Shown: positions 16,627 through 26,256 of the stretch, piece by piece
Layout of the letters: each line of letters starts with the position of its first letter
Numbering within the stretch: position 1 is the stretch's first letter
Origin: Paludibacteraceae bacterium
GTDB taxonomy: Bacteria; Bacteroidota; Bacteroidia; Bacteroidales; Paludibacteraceae
Length of the DNA: 64,000 bases
Reading direction: 5' to 3'
NCBI GenBank assembly: GCA_018433525.1
Contig: JAHDRA010000012.1
Span: forward strand, 52,588-116,587
The notes under the pieces: generated by a model
What the model saw: the letters and a program-made list of their open reading frames with translations, nothing else
What the model was told of the DNA's origin: nothing
Databases searched by the model: none
Position numbers and translations under genes: made by a program

Positions 16627-18627
16627 ATGGAAATTCTTCCAATTGTTAAAATTGATCCGTGGCTCGAACCTTATGCGGGTTCTATTTATGGAAGATATGA
16701 ATATTTTCTTCAGACTGAAAAAAAACTGACGGGAGGCAAACAGAGTTTGTCCGATTTTGCAACAGGATATTTATATTTTGGACTTCATAGAGTGGCGGAT
16801 GGTTGGGTTTTTCGAGAATGGGCACCCAATGCTACGGCCATTTTTTTAATTGGCGATTTCAATAATTGGCAACGTCATCCCGACTATCAGTTAAAGAAGT
16901 TGCAAAACGGAATTTGGGAAATACATTTGCCTGAATACGCAATGGGCCATACACAACTTTACAAACTTTTGGTAGAATGGGAGGGCGGAAGCGGCGAAAG
17001 AATTCCGGCTTGGGCTCAGCGTGTGGTACAGGATACGCAAACCAAAATTTTCAGTGCGCAGGTGTGGAATCCTTTCCAACCCTATGAGTTCAAAAATCGA
17101 CATTTCAAACCACAAAGAGACCCGCTGTTGATTTACGAATGCCATATCGGCATGTCGAGCCAGGAAGAAAAAATTGCTACTTATGACGAATTTCGCCGGA
17201 ATGTACTTCCTCGCATTGCTGCGCTGGGTTACAATGCCATTCAAATTATGGCTATTCAGGAGCATCCTTATTACGGTTCGTTCGGCTATCATGTTTCCAG
17301 CTTTTTTGCTCCTTCATCGCGTTTTGGTACGCCTGAAGAACTCAAACAACTGATTGATGAAGCTCATGGAATGGGAATTGCCGTTATCATGGATATTGTT
17401 CATTCTCATGCAGTGAGAAATGAAGTGGAAGGATTGGGCAGATTTGACGGAACGCCTTATCAGTATTTTCACGGGGGCCCGCGACGTGAACATCCTGCTT
17501 GGGATTCTTTGTGTTTCGACTACGGCAAACCCGAAGTTTTACATTTTCTTTTGTCCAATTGCAAATACTGGCTGGATGTTTTTCATTTCGACGGTTTCCG
17601 TTTCGATGGCGTAACATCGATGATTTATCTCAGTCATGGGCTTGGTGAAGATTTTACCAGTTACGATTGTTATTATAATCTGAATCAGGATGGCGATGCC
17701 ATTTGTTATCTTACACTGGCCAACAAACTGGTTCATCAAGTAAATCCCAATGCCATCTCCATTGCGGAAGAAGTGAGTGGAATGCCGGGATTGGCTGCAA
17801 AAATTGATGATGGCGGAATTGGCTTCGATTACCGAATGGCCATGAATATTCCCGATTTCTGGATTAAAATTATCAAGGAAGAAAAAGATGAAGACTGGAA
17901 AGTTGGACGGATTTTTTGGGAAATGACCAATCATCGTGCCGAGGAAATGACCATCAGTTATGCCGAATCGCACGATCAGGCTTTGGTTGGCGACAAAACG
18001 ATTATTTTCAGATTGATAGATGCCGATATGTATTGGCACATGCGACGTGGCGACAACACTTTGACTGTCGATCGCGGAGTGGCGCTGCACAAAATGATTC
18101 GTCTGGTTACGGCTTCAACCATGAATGGTGGTTATCTGAATTTTATGGGGAACGAGTTCGGACATCCTGAATGGATCGATTTTCCGCGCGAAGGCAACGG
18201 TTGGTCATACAAGTATGCCCGGCGTCAGTGGGATTTGGTGGACAACAAGAATTATCTCTATTATTGTTTGAACGAATTTGACAGAGCCATGATTATGCTG
18301 ATTCGTTCCGTGCCAAGATTTAATAAACTTCCCATTGACCAGTTATGGATAAAAGAAGACGATCAGGTGCTGGTTTTTCAAAGGGGAAAATTGGTATTCG
18401 TATTTAATTTTAATCCTTCAAAATCGTTTACCGACTACGGTATTTTGGCGGAAAAAGGTGCTTACAGAACCGTTTTAAATTCCGACAATTCCTTATTTGG
18501 AGGTTATGATCTGATTGATGAAAGTATTGTGCATGTTACCTTGCCCGAGCCAACAGATCCCGACGGAAAAGAATGGTTGAAATTATATCTCCCCGCCCGA
18601 ACAGCTTTTGTTCTGAAAAAAGATTGA
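16627..18627 (+). CDS. glgB: GH13 1,4-alpha-glucan branching enzyme (eukaryote-like type)
   Basis: 666 aa. The GH13 conserved regions are DIVHSH, GFRFDGVTSM, IAEEVSG and ESHDQALVGDK. Confidence 0.88.
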   Translation: MEILPIVKIDPWLEPYAGSIYGRYEYFLQTEKKLTGGKQSLSDFATGYLYFGLHRVADGWVFREWAPNATAIFLIGDFNNWQRHPDYQLKKLQNGIWEIHLPEYAMGHTQLYKLLVEWEGGSGERIPAWAQRVVQDTQTKIFSAQVWNPFQPYEFKNRHFKPQRDPLLIYECHIGMSSQEEKIATYDEFRRNVLPRIAALGYNAIQIMAIQEHPYYGSFGYHVSSFFAPSSRFGTPEELKQLIDEAHGMGIAVIMDIVHSHAVRNEVEGLGRFDGTPYQYFHGGPRREHPAWDSLCFDYGKPEVLHFLLSNCKYWLDVFHFDGFRFDGVTSMIYLSHGLGEDFTSYDCYYNLNQDGDAICYLTLANKLVHQVNPNAISIAEEVSGMPGLAAKIDDGGIGFDYRMAMNIPDFWIKIIKEEKDEDWKVGRIFWEMTNHRAEEMTISYAESHDQALVGDKTIIFRLIDADMYWHMRRGDNTLTVDRGVALHKMIRLVTASTMNGGYLNFMGNEFGHPEWIDFPREGNGWSYKYARRQWDLVDNKNYLYYCLNEFDRAMIMLIRSVPRFNKLPIDQLWIKEDDQVLVFQRGKLVFVFNFNPSKSFTDYGILAEKGAYRTVLNSDNSLFGGYDLIDESIVHVTLPEPTDPDGKEWLKLYLPARTAFVLKKD

Positions 18628-18664
18628 AAAGTTTTTTGATTTGGAGCTACTCCATTTGAATACG

Positions 18665-18698
18665 ACACCCCAAAAGCTTCGAGTAACTTTTGGGGTGT
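18665..18698. terminator. Bidirectional terminator between convergent branching-enzyme and HIT genes
   Basis: ACACCCCAAAAG-cttcgagtaa-CTTTTGGGGTGT forms a 12-bp perfect stem. Confidence 0.7.
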
Positions 18699-18724
18699 TG
18701 CATGTAAAGTTGGAACAAGGAAAC

Positions 18725-19120
18725 TCACTCCAAATATTTTCGGATAGAAGCTGCAATTTTGTCCATTTCTTCGGATGACAATTCCAATTTCGGGTTTCTG
18801 AAATTCATGTCGTTCTCCTGTTGAATGGGAATAAGATGAACGTGAGCATGAGGCACTTCCAGTCCAATTACTGCCATTCCTATCCGTTTGCAGGGAATGG
18901 CTTTTTCGATGGCAAGGGCAATTTTTTTTGCAAAAAGCATCAATCCCTGATAGCTTTCATCGTCCAAGCGAAAAATGTAATCTTCTTCTTTTTTGGGAAT
19001 CACCAAAGTATGTCCTTTTGTCAAAGGATGAATGTCGAGGAAAGCAAAATAAAGGTCGTTTTCCGCAATTTTATAACTGGGAATTTCTCCGGCTGCAATT
19101 TTACTGAAAATGGTTGCCAT
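18725..19120 (-). CDS. HIT-family (histidine triad) nucleotide-binding protein
   Basis: 131 aa with the histidine triad HAHVHLIP. Confidence 0.9.
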   Translation of the reverse strand: MATIFSKIAAGEIPSYKIAENDLYFAFLDIHPLTKGHTLVIPKKEEDYIFRLDDESYQGLMLFAKKIALAIEKAIPCKRIGMAVIGLEVPHAHVHLIPIQQENDMNFRNPKLELSSEEMDKIAASIRKYLE

Positions 19121-19146
19121 GATTTTAAAAGTTTAACTTTCCGTTA

Positions 19147-19620
19147 TTATAGTGAAATATCGAGAATTTCAAATTCCTGTACTCCATTGGGTACTGAAAT
19201 GGAAGTTTTTTCGCCCACTTTTTTACCCAGCAAACCTTTGGCTATCGGAGTTGTAACCGATAATTTGCCTGCTCTGATATTGGCCTCACTCTCTGAAACG
19301 ATGGTGTAGGTCATTACCTGATTGGTTTTGGTATTTTTTATGGTTACTTTGGTTAAAATCTGCACTTCACTGGTATCGATTTTTGATTCGTCAATCAAAC
19401 GTGCCGATGCAATGGTGTCCTTGAGAATGGCAATTTTCATTTCGAGCATTCCCTGAGCTTCTTTTGCTGCATCGTATTCGGCATTTTCCGACAAATCGCC
19501 TTTGTCGCGAGCTTCAGCTATTTGCCTCGAGATGGCCGGACGCTGGACGTTTTCCATTTGATGAAGTTCATCCACCAGTTTCTTATAACCTTCAGCAGTC
19601 ATGTATGTTACTGTTGCCAT
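19147..19620 (-). CDS. greA: Transcription elongation factor GreA
   Basis: 157 aa. It has the N-terminal coiled coil with DLSENAEYDAAKE and a C-terminal FKBP-like domain. Confidence 0.95.
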   Translation of the reverse strand: MATVTYMTAEGYKKLVDELHQMENVQRPAISRQIAEARDKGDLSENAEYDAAKEAQGMLEMKIAILKDTIASARLIDESKIDTSEVQILTKVTIKNTKTNQVMTYTIVSESEANIRAGKLSVTTPIAKGLLGKKVGEKTSISVPNGVQEFEILDISL

Positions 19621-19665
19621 AGTTTTATTTTTTTAATTTGAATAAAAATATAAAAACAAAAAGAA

Positions 19666-19688
19666 TTCCGAATCATGTAAAGATCGGA
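19666..19688 (-). terminator. Rho-independent terminator after the 140-aa gene
   Basis: The minus strand reads TTCCGAT-ctttacatg-ATTCGGAA followed by TTCTTTTTGTTTTT. Confidence 0.5.
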
Positions 19689-19765
19689 ACTCTCTCTGTT
19701 ATGTTTTTCGATGTTTATTTGACTACAAATATAGTATTTTTTATGATAACAAAAAAATTTTGATT

Positions 19766-20188
19766 TTAATATTTTCTTTCAAAAATTACCGAGTAAATAA
19801 AAGCTTTTTTTGCAGCTTCCGGTGAATCCAATTCCAAAGGAATTGAGCTGGATTCTTCGTAGCGATCCTCCTCTATGAGATGATGGTTATTTTCAATGGA
19901 AACTTTGACGGGTTTTTTGATTCGGAGTTCTGAAATATCGTTGCCGACGGTATCGTATGTTGCATAAGTATTTTCCATGTACTCTTCAACCGGCTTGCTG
20001 GTATGCGCTTTTACCACCTTTTCAAACTCCCTTCTTTCAACTACGGGCTTAAGCTCTTGCCAAGTCGCTTGCTCGTAATGTTTTTTTTCTTCCGGTTTCG
20101 GTGTATCGCTTTTTTTCTTCTTCTTCATATTGCTCAGTAGCACCACGACTACGAAAATAAGAAATATGTAATTGCCAAAGTCTTCCAT
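19766..20188 (-). CDS. Hypothetical N-terminally membrane-anchored protein
   Basis: 140 aa. One N-terminal TM helix (NYIFLIFVVVVLLSNM) is followed by a KKKKK stop-transfer and an acidic soluble region. I do not recognise a family. Confidence 0.55.
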   Translation of the reverse strand: MEDFGNYIFLIFVVVVLLSNMKKKKKSDTPKPEEKKHYEQATWQELKPVVERREFEKVVKAHTSKPVEEYMENTYATYDTVGNDISELRIKKPVKVSIENNHHLIEEDRYEESSSIPLELDSPEAAKKAFIYSVIFERKY

Positions 20189-20214
20189 AATTTATTGTTG
20201 ATGTTATTGAAAAG

Positions 20215-20222
20215 CAAATTTA
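20215..20222 (-). promoter_or_regulatory. Candidate -7 box (TAaaTTTG) for the 140-aa gene
   Basis: An exact TAnnTTTG match on the minus strand, about 27 nt upstream of the ATG at 20188. Confidence 0.4.
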
Positions 20223-20283
20223 CAGTAAATCTTTGAATATTTTAAAAAAAATAGAGAAAAAATCGATTTATTTAAAACATCAA

Positions 20284-20383
20284 TTTCATCAGAATATAAT
20301 TTATTTTTTTAAAGGTCTGATGGAGCGCACATGTCTGAATATTATATTCATTCGTGTTTGTGTATGTAATACCTGTGGGTTTC
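20284..20383 (+). repeat. Copy B of the ~100-bp duplicated intergenic module
   Basis: See copy A (2390..2488). Same orientation, and it also lies in a divergent intergenic region. Confidence 0.9.
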
Positions 20384-20391
20384 ATAATTAA
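20320..20391 (+). CDS. Candidate 23-aa cysteine-rich small ORF (MERTCLNIIFIRVCVCNTCGFHN)
   Basis: ATG at 20320, TAA at 20389-20391. It has the same length and Cys spacing (C5, C14, C16, C19) as the copy at 2425..2496. Confidence 0.45.
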   Translation: MERTCLNIIFIRVCVCNTCGFHN

Positions 20392-20558
20392 TTATCAAAA
20401 AACTATTTTCTCGGTATAGGGTCATGAACAATTTTCGTAAAAATACGTTTTTATGAGCAATTGATAATTCAAAATTTAAAGTGTCCTATTTAATTTTTTT
20501 TGAACCAAAGCCGCTAAAAGTAAACGCACAGCTTTGATTAATTAAACCAAAATATATT

Positions 20559-21674
20559 ATGAAGTACGGATTTTTTGTTGTTGTTTTTTCTATTTTTGCG
20601 TTTTTTTTTGGATATGTCGGTTTTCGTGGTTGGCAATCGCTGGCCTTGTATCCATCAGCACGACCTACCTATATAGTCAGTTTTCTTTTGTTGTTTATTT
20701 GTTCAATGGCTGGCATGATTTTCGGCGATGACATGCCGGCATCAATTGCCAAAGTTTTAACATTTACTGGATATTCGTTTCTTCTGATTTTTGCTTATTT
20801 ATTCATTGTTTTTTTGTTGGTTGATGTGGTTCGAATAGCCAATCATTTTTTTCATTTTGCTCAAAGCAATATGGTTTCTTTCAGATTCTGGAGCTCAATT
20901 GTTGGTTTATCGGTAATTATAATAGCCATGATTATAGGGAATTACAAGTTTAACCATCCTGAAGTAGTTCAACTCGAATTGCAAAGTAATAAACCTTTTC
21001 AAAATAAAAAAATCAGAATTGTGGCTGCCAGTGATATACATTTGGGCACTTATATCGATAAAAATTATCTAAAAAAATATGTTCAATTCATCAATGATCA
21101 GCGACCGAATATAATTTTGTTGGCAGGCGATATTTGTGATCGCTCCCTCAAACCTTTGATTCATCAAAAAATGTACGAAGAATTGCACCAACTGAAAGCT
21201 CCTTTAGGTGTCTATGCCATTCTGGGCAACCACGAGTATTATTCTCAGAATTTGCAAAATACGGTTTTATTTTATAAAGATGCCGGAATTGTAGTACTCG
21301 CCGATAGCATTTCATTTGTCAACAATGATTTTTATCTTGTAGGACGAAAGGACAGAACCGATAAAAACAGGCAACCCCTTTCAACATTGTTGACAACGCT
21401 TGAACAAGATAAGCCGATAATCTTACTTGATCATCAGCCGTTGCATTTAGTAGAAGCAGCAAAAAACAATGTTGATTTGCAAATTTCGGGACATACTCAC
21501 GAAGGACAGGTTTTCCCTGCCAATTTGCTTGTAAAATCTTTATTTGAAAACGGCTATGGATATTTGAAAAAAGGAAACACTCATATTTATGTTTCGTCTG
21601 GACTTGGTTTATGGGGGCCGCAATATCGAATTGGGACAAAATCGGAAATTGTAGTGATAGATTTTAAATTCTGA
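20559..21674 (+). CDS. Membrane-anchored metallophosphoesterase (calcineurin-like)
   Basis: 371 aa with four N-terminal TM helices. The phosphoesterase motifs are SDIHLG, GDICD, GNHEY and GHTHEGQ. Confidence 0.85.
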   Translation: MKYGFFVVVFSIFAFFFGYVGFRGWQSLALYPSARPTYIVSFLLLFICSMAGMIFGDDMPASIAKVLTFTGYSFLLIFAYLFIVFLLVDVVRIANHFFHFAQSNMVSFRFWSSIVGLSVIIIAMIIGNYKFNHPEVVQLELQSNKPFQNKKIRIVAASDIHLGTYIDKNYLKKYVQFINDQRPNIILLAGDICDRSLKPLIHQKMYEELHQLKAPLGVYAILGNHEYYSQNLQNTVLFYKDAGIVVLADSISFVNNDFYLVGRKDRTDKNRQPLSTLLTTLEQDKPIILLDHQPLHLVEAAKNNVDLQISGHTHEGQVFPANLLVKSLFENGYGYLKKGNTHIYVSSGLGLWGPQYRIGTKSEIVVIDFKF

Positions 21675-21861
21675 AAGATAAGTCTATAGGCCATATTTTT
21701 TATGTTTTGCAAAAAGAAAAAGTATTTTCCAAATGTCAATAAATTCGGTAAAAGATTGAATAACATTGATGGATAATGATTTGAACTTCACGACAGAAAT
21801 GTTGAAAGCTGTCTTTCTTTTCTAAAAAAATCTATTTGTATTTTTCTACAGAAACGATTTT

Positions 21862-22935
21862 TTAACCTTTTCGTTTTTCTGAAGCTGCTTTTATGCTTGA
21901 AAAATACATGCCAAAAGACCGATACAGGAAATGAGACCATTTTCCAAATGGAACAATAATTATAGCCCATTGAGCCAAAACGGTTAAATGAACGATATAC
22001 ATCCATACATTATTGTCTATCATATGGGTATCGATAAATAAACGTACAAGGAAAGCTGTAAGCCCCATAAGCATAAGCCATATAACAAACAGCCAGTCGG
22101 AAGGCTGCGAAAATTTGTTCAGTGCCTTTGCTTTCCTAATTCGACTTGAAACAAAATCGGCAGTAATGACAAATACAAAAAAACTTTCCACATAACCCAA
22201 CACTACTACAAAGAAACTTTTTGTGCCAAACCAGTCTAAAAATACGGTTGTGAAAAGCAGCGAAAGATAAGCCAAAACCAGAATAAAATGCTCCAGCCAC
22301 CGAAAATTATCTTCTTTATCACAATCTCGGGCGCGTTTTTGAGTGAACATGTGAACAAACAGATCCGGTAATGATTTTATGTAAATTTTTAGATTTGCTT
22401 TTACTTTTGGTCTTAAAATGGTAAAATTCCACATCCTGGCTATATTGGGGATAAAAATTATTGCGAGCACTGCAAAAACCACATACATTTCAAAAAGATG
22501 TCCATAATGCATCATTTCTGCCAATTGAAATGACATGGCATTACCCAAAACAAGTACGGCAATAAATACCATTATCAGAGCAGAAATAGTAAATGTAACG
22601 GAACGATAAAGCAAACCCGAAAGTCCCGTCCAGTCATAAACTGAAGTTAACCATCGTCGCAAGGACATCATGAGTTCTCCCGGATTGGCTGTTTGAGGAC
22701 AATTTTCGGTACATTCACCACAATAATAGCATTCCCATGGTTTTAAAGAAGATTTAATATCATTTTCAAGTCCAAGACTGCTAAGTCTTACCATTTCGCG
22801 AGGAAAAGATTCTTCCGGTGTGGACAGTGAACATACGGCAGTACAGGTACCGCAATTGTAACAGGCGTTGAAATTTACTGCTCCGTATTTCTTCAATTTA
22901 TCCTGAAATGCAGGATTAATTTTTGATGCCATCAT
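21862..22935 (-). CDS. QmoC-like subunit: N-terminal HdrC-type 2x[4Fe-4S] domain fused to a NarI/HdrE-like multi-helix membrane domain
   Basis: 357 aa. The two cluster motifs are CYNCGTCTAVC and CYYCGECTENCP. At least 5 hydrophobic helices follow, with conserved His (HYGHLFE, WLEHFIL, IVHLTV, KWSHFLYRS). Its start overlaps the upstream stop (ATGA). Confidence 0.8.
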   Translation of the reverse strand: MMASKINPAFQDKLKKYGAVNFNACYNCGTCTAVCSLSTPEESFPREMVRLSSLGLENDIKSSLKPWECYYCGECTENCPQTANPGELMMSLRRWLTSVYDWTGLSGLLYRSVTFTISALIMVFIAVLVLGNAMSFQLAEMMHYGHLFEMYVVFAVLAIIFIPNIARMWNFTILRPKVKANLKIYIKSLPDLFVHMFTQKRARDCDKEDNFRWLEHFILVLAYLSLLFTTVFLDWFGTKSFFVVVLGYVESFFVFVITADFVSSRIRKAKALNKFSQPSDWLFVIWLMLMGLTAFLVRLFIDTHMIDNNVWMYIVHLTVLAQWAIIIVPFGKWSHFLYRSFGMYFSSIKAASEKRKG

Positions 22936-23210
22936 TTGTTCAATTTATAGGTAAAATATTCGTCATTGTCATCAATTTCTCCCACTGCAACGTCGCCATA
23001 TTTAATCAGCGTCATCAAATAAAATGTAACATCCTCTTTTGACATGGATAGTTTTTCCGATAGTTGGGGAATGGTCATTTCTCCATTTTTCAGGGCATCA
23101 ATGAGTGCTTTTTTAATCCTGACAAATTCTTTAAGATTTTCTTTTGCCTTTTCGGGAATACCTTGTTTGTCCCTTAAATATTTGGCCGTTTTTCCTATTT
23201 CTGCTTCCAT
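22932..23210 (-). CDS. Small winged-helix-like protein embedded in the Hdr/Qmo-like operon
   Basis: 92 aa. It has a helix-turn-helix-like segment MTIPQLSEKLSMSKEDVTFYLMTLIKYGDV. It is translationally coupled to the QmoC-like gene by a 4-nt overlap. The fold assignment is tentative. Confidence 0.5.
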   Translation of the reverse strand: MEAEIGKTAKYLRDKQGIPEKAKENLKEFVRIKKALIDALKNGEMTIPQLSEKLSMSKEDVTFYLMTLIKYGDVAVGEIDDNDEYFTYKLNK

Positions 23211-23218
23211 TATTTTTT

Positions 23219-24949
23219 TTATTGAACCAGTGCATCTATCATACTAAAAATCTCCTTATCGGAATAGCCAATCAAATCAATAGCATTGGGTACGCATACA
23301 GGAGCGCACATACCGCAACCCTTGCATACCGATTTGTTGACTACAGCAATTATTTTCCCATCAATTTCTTTTTGTTCAATTGCTTCAAAAGGACAAGCTT
23401 TTAAACATTCACCGCACCAAACACATGAATTACCGTTAATTTCAGCAACTATCGGCTCCGTTTCTACCAATCCGTTACTGATGGATGAAAAGGCCTTTGT
23501 GGCAGCAGACAAGGCCGAATTGACCGATTCGCTGATATTTTTTGGCCCTTGGCAAGTTCCGGCCAGTGTTATTCCATCAATCACCGTTTCCACCGGACGC
23601 AATTTCATGTGAATCTCGTTGTAGAAATTATCTCTGCCTTTTGGCAGTTTAAAAAGTTGACCGATCGACTGATCAATTCTGGGTAACATTCCGGTTACCA
23701 ACACCACTAAATCGGCATCCAGAAGAAGTTCTTTATCGGAAAACAGTAAATCTTTAACTTTCAGGGAAGTTTTTTTATTCTTGAAACTGACTTCAGGAGG
23801 AAAATCATCATGAAACTGGATAAAAATATCCCCATTCTGTAAAGCTTCGTCATAAAGTAATTCCTGTTTGCCGTAAGTGCGAATACCCCGATGAAGATGA
23901 AAATTGCGTATCCCCTTGAATTTCTTTTTTGTTTCGATAGCAGTATGAATTGTCGAAATACAGCAGAAACGCGAACAGTATTTATTCTCACCTTCGGATT
24001 GACGACTTCCCACGCAATAGATATAAGCAATGTCGTGAATTTCTTTTCCGTTGTATAAAAGTGTTTTACCTGTCGATTGATCTGTCAGTTTTTTAAAATC
24101 GGGCAAAGAAATTACATTCTCGTTATTGAGATAGGAAAATTCGCCTCGTTGCGGAATATAATGATCAAAACCTGTAGCAATCACTACAGAACCTACGTTA
24201 ATTTCCATAGTTTCTCTAAGATTGTCAACAGGCTGATGTTTTTTTTGAAGAGTCAGCGTGAAATTTCCAATGCTGCCTTTTGAAGAAACGACTTCGGTAC
24301 CTGTGAGAATAGAAATATTTTCGTGTTGCAGCAAATCGTTATGAATACGTTGAACAAGCTCCGAACCCTTTTCATTTGTCATGAAAAGCGATCCCCATTC
24401 AGCCACATGCCCTCCAACGGTATTTTCTTTTTCAATAAGCACTACAGACATATTTTTTTCGGCAATGGAAAGAGCTGCTTTCATTCCCGCCATTCCTGCT
24501 CCGATGACTGCAATTGCTTTCTCTGCTTCAAACTTATTGGGGTACAAAGCTTCTGCGTAACGCGATTTTGAAATGGCTGCCCTTACCAGTCGAATCGCTT
24601 TTTCGGTAGCTCCTTCTTTATCGTCCGAGTGTGCCCAAGAAGCCTGCTCACGAATATTGGCATGAACGTAGGTATATTTGTTCAAACCGGCTGTTTCAGT
24701 TACATTTCTAAAAGTAACCAAATGCAGTTTTGGAGAGCAGGATGCCACTATGACTCCATCCAACTGATATTGATGAATATCTTCCACCATTTCCTTCTGA
24801 TTGCTATCCGAACATGCAAACATGGTGGTTTTAGCTAAAACGACACCCTCTTCATGTTCAATTGCCTGACGTACTTTTTCTACGTCGACATAATCGGAAA
24901 TATTTCCACCACAATGACAGATATAAACGCCTAAATTCTTTTTCATCAA
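23219..24949 (-). CDS. HdrA/QmoB-like FAD- and FeS-containing oxidoreductase
   Basis: 576 aa. The N-terminus has GVYICHCGGNISDYVD, the FAD fold is AVIGAGMAGMKAA, and the C-terminus carries 2x[4Fe-4S] (CVWCGECLKACP, CKGCGMCAPVCP-like). Confidence 0.85.
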   Translation of the reverse strand: MMKKNLGVYICHCGGNISDYVDVEKVRQAIEHEEGVVLAKTTMFACSDSNQKEMVEDIHQYQLDGVIVASCSPKLHLVTFRNVTETAGLNKYTYVHANIREQASWAHSDDKEGATEKAIRLVRAAISKSRYAEALYPNKFEAEKAIAVIGAGMAGMKAALSIAEKNMSVVLIEKENTVGGHVAEWGSLFMTNEKGSELVQRIHNDLLQHENISILTGTEVVSSKGSIGNFTLTLQKKHQPVDNLRETMEINVGSVVIATGFDHYIPQRGEFSYLNNENVISLPDFKKLTDQSTGKTLLYNGKEIHDIAYIYCVGSRQSEGENKYCSRFCCISTIHTAIETKKKFKGIRNFHLHRGIRTYGKQELLYDEALQNGDIFIQFHDDFPPEVSFKNKKTSLKVKDLLFSDKELLLDADLVVLVTGMLPRIDQSIGQLFKLPKGRDNFYNEIHMKLRPVETVIDGITLAGTCQGPKNISESVNSALSAATKAFSSISNGLVETEPIVAEINGNSCVWCGECLKACPFEAIEQKEIDGKIIAVVNKSVCKGCGMCAPVCVPNAIDLIGYSDKEIFSMIDALVQ

Positions 24950-24954
24950 TCTTA

Positions 24955-26253
24955 TTAATGTTGAATTAAGTAACTGATTGCTTCGGACGAAGCCGAACCG
25001 GCAGATAGAATGGAATCGGGAATATCCATTGGACCGGATGCCGTACCGGCAACGAAAACTCCATCTATATTTGTTTTAGCCGGACTTCCCAGTAAGTCGC
25101 TCTGCCAAATGAAATTCAAAGAATCAAATTGCAACATTTCGCCATCAAAAATTTGATGAACTGACTGATTGGACAACATTCCTACCGACAATACCACCAT
25201 ATCGTGTTCGGCTTCTTTCACTATTCCTTCCTGAATATCTTCATAACGCAGTATTAAATTCCCATTTTCTTTTTCGGAAATTTTTCCAATTTTTCCTTTT
25301 ACAAAATTGACACCCATATCTTTGGCTTGCTGGTAGAATTCTTCAAAGCCTTTGCCGAAAGAACGAATATCAATGTAATAAATGGTAATGTCTGCCATTG
25401 GAAGCGCACCCATTAACAATTGTGCCTGCTTCATGGAATACATGCAACATACTTGTGAGCAAACAGGATTACCAACGCTGTCGTCGCGCGAGCCGGTACA
25501 AAGAACATAAGCAATCTGATCGGGTATTTTTCCGTCGCCCGGTCTCAGAATAGTGTGATAAGGTCTGGTAGGAGCTATTTCTCTTTCCATTTGCATGGAA
25601 GTAACCACATTTTTGTATTTTCCATAGCCGAATCGTGGAATTTTAAGCGGATCAAACAGTTGAAAACCTGTAGCCAGTACGACTGTCTTTACCTGTAATT
25701 CAAAACATTCCGTTTCCATAGTAAAGTCGATGCAGTGAGTAGGGCAAACCCTTTCGCATGCGCCGCACAAAGTACATTGTTCAAGGTCGATAACAGCAGC
25801 TTTGGGATTGGCTATGCTGAAAGGAATGTAGGCAGCTTTTCGACCGACCAGACCAAACTGATATTCATCCCGAACACTAACGGGACAAGCTTTTTCACAC
25901 AATTGGCAAGCCGTACAGTCTTCCACATGAACGTAACGCGGATTCTTTGTAATCTTTGCTATAAATAACGATTCGGTTTTTTTTACAATACTTGTAACTT
26001 CACTTTCAGTAAAAACTGTAATATTGGGATGACGGGCAATTTCAGAAACTTTGGGTGTGGTAATACAGGCAGCACAATCCAATGTTGGAAAAACTTTGCT
26101 CAACAAAATCATTTTACCACCAATAGAATGATCTTTTTCTACCAATAGCACCTTATAACCGTTGTTTGCAATATTCAGGGCAGTTTCGCCGCCGGCAATA
26201 CCCGCACCAATAACCAGCGCATCGAATTCTATTTTTTTTCTTCTCTCCTCCAT
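24955..26253 (-). CDS. HdrA/QmoA-like FAD- and FeS-containing oxidoreductase
   Basis: 432 aa. It has ALVIGAGIAGGETA, FPTLDCAACI and an inserted ferredoxin (CTACQLCEKACP, CTLCGACERVCP). Confidence 0.85.
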   Translation of the reverse strand: MEERRKKIEFDALVIGAGIAGGETALNIANNGYKVLLVEKDHSIGGKMILLSKVFPTLDCAACITTPKVSEIARHPNITVFTESEVTSIVKKTESLFIAKITKNPRYVHVEDCTACQLCEKACPVSVRDEYQFGLVGRKAAYIPFSIANPKAAVIDLEQCTLCGACERVCPTHCIDFTMETECFELQVKTVVLATGFQLFDPLKIPRFGYGKYKNVVTSMQMEREIAPTRPYHTILRPGDGKIPDQIAYVLCTGSRDDSVGNPVCSQVCCMYSMKQAQLLMGALPMADITIYYIDIRSFGKGFEEFYQQAKDMGVNFVKGKIGKISEKENGNLILRYEDIQEGIVKEAEHDMVVLSVGMLSNQSVHQIFDGEMLQFDSLNFIWQSDLLGSPAKTNIDGVFVAGTASGPMDIPDSILSAGSASSEAISYLIQH

Positions 26254-26256
26254 TGT

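Noticed and set aside
17539-18090. A 183-aa minus-strand ORF, and similar ORFs of 60-215 aa antisense to rny, fusA, argS, ispG, secY and other genes
   Set aside because: All lie inside confidently identified genes on the opposite strand and have no motifs of their own. I treat them as frame noise.
23219-26253. Selenocysteine (in-frame TGA) in the HdrA-like genes
   Set aside because: Both frames are continuous and of normal length. The inter-gene gaps are 3-8 nt, and no split ORFs suggest recoding.
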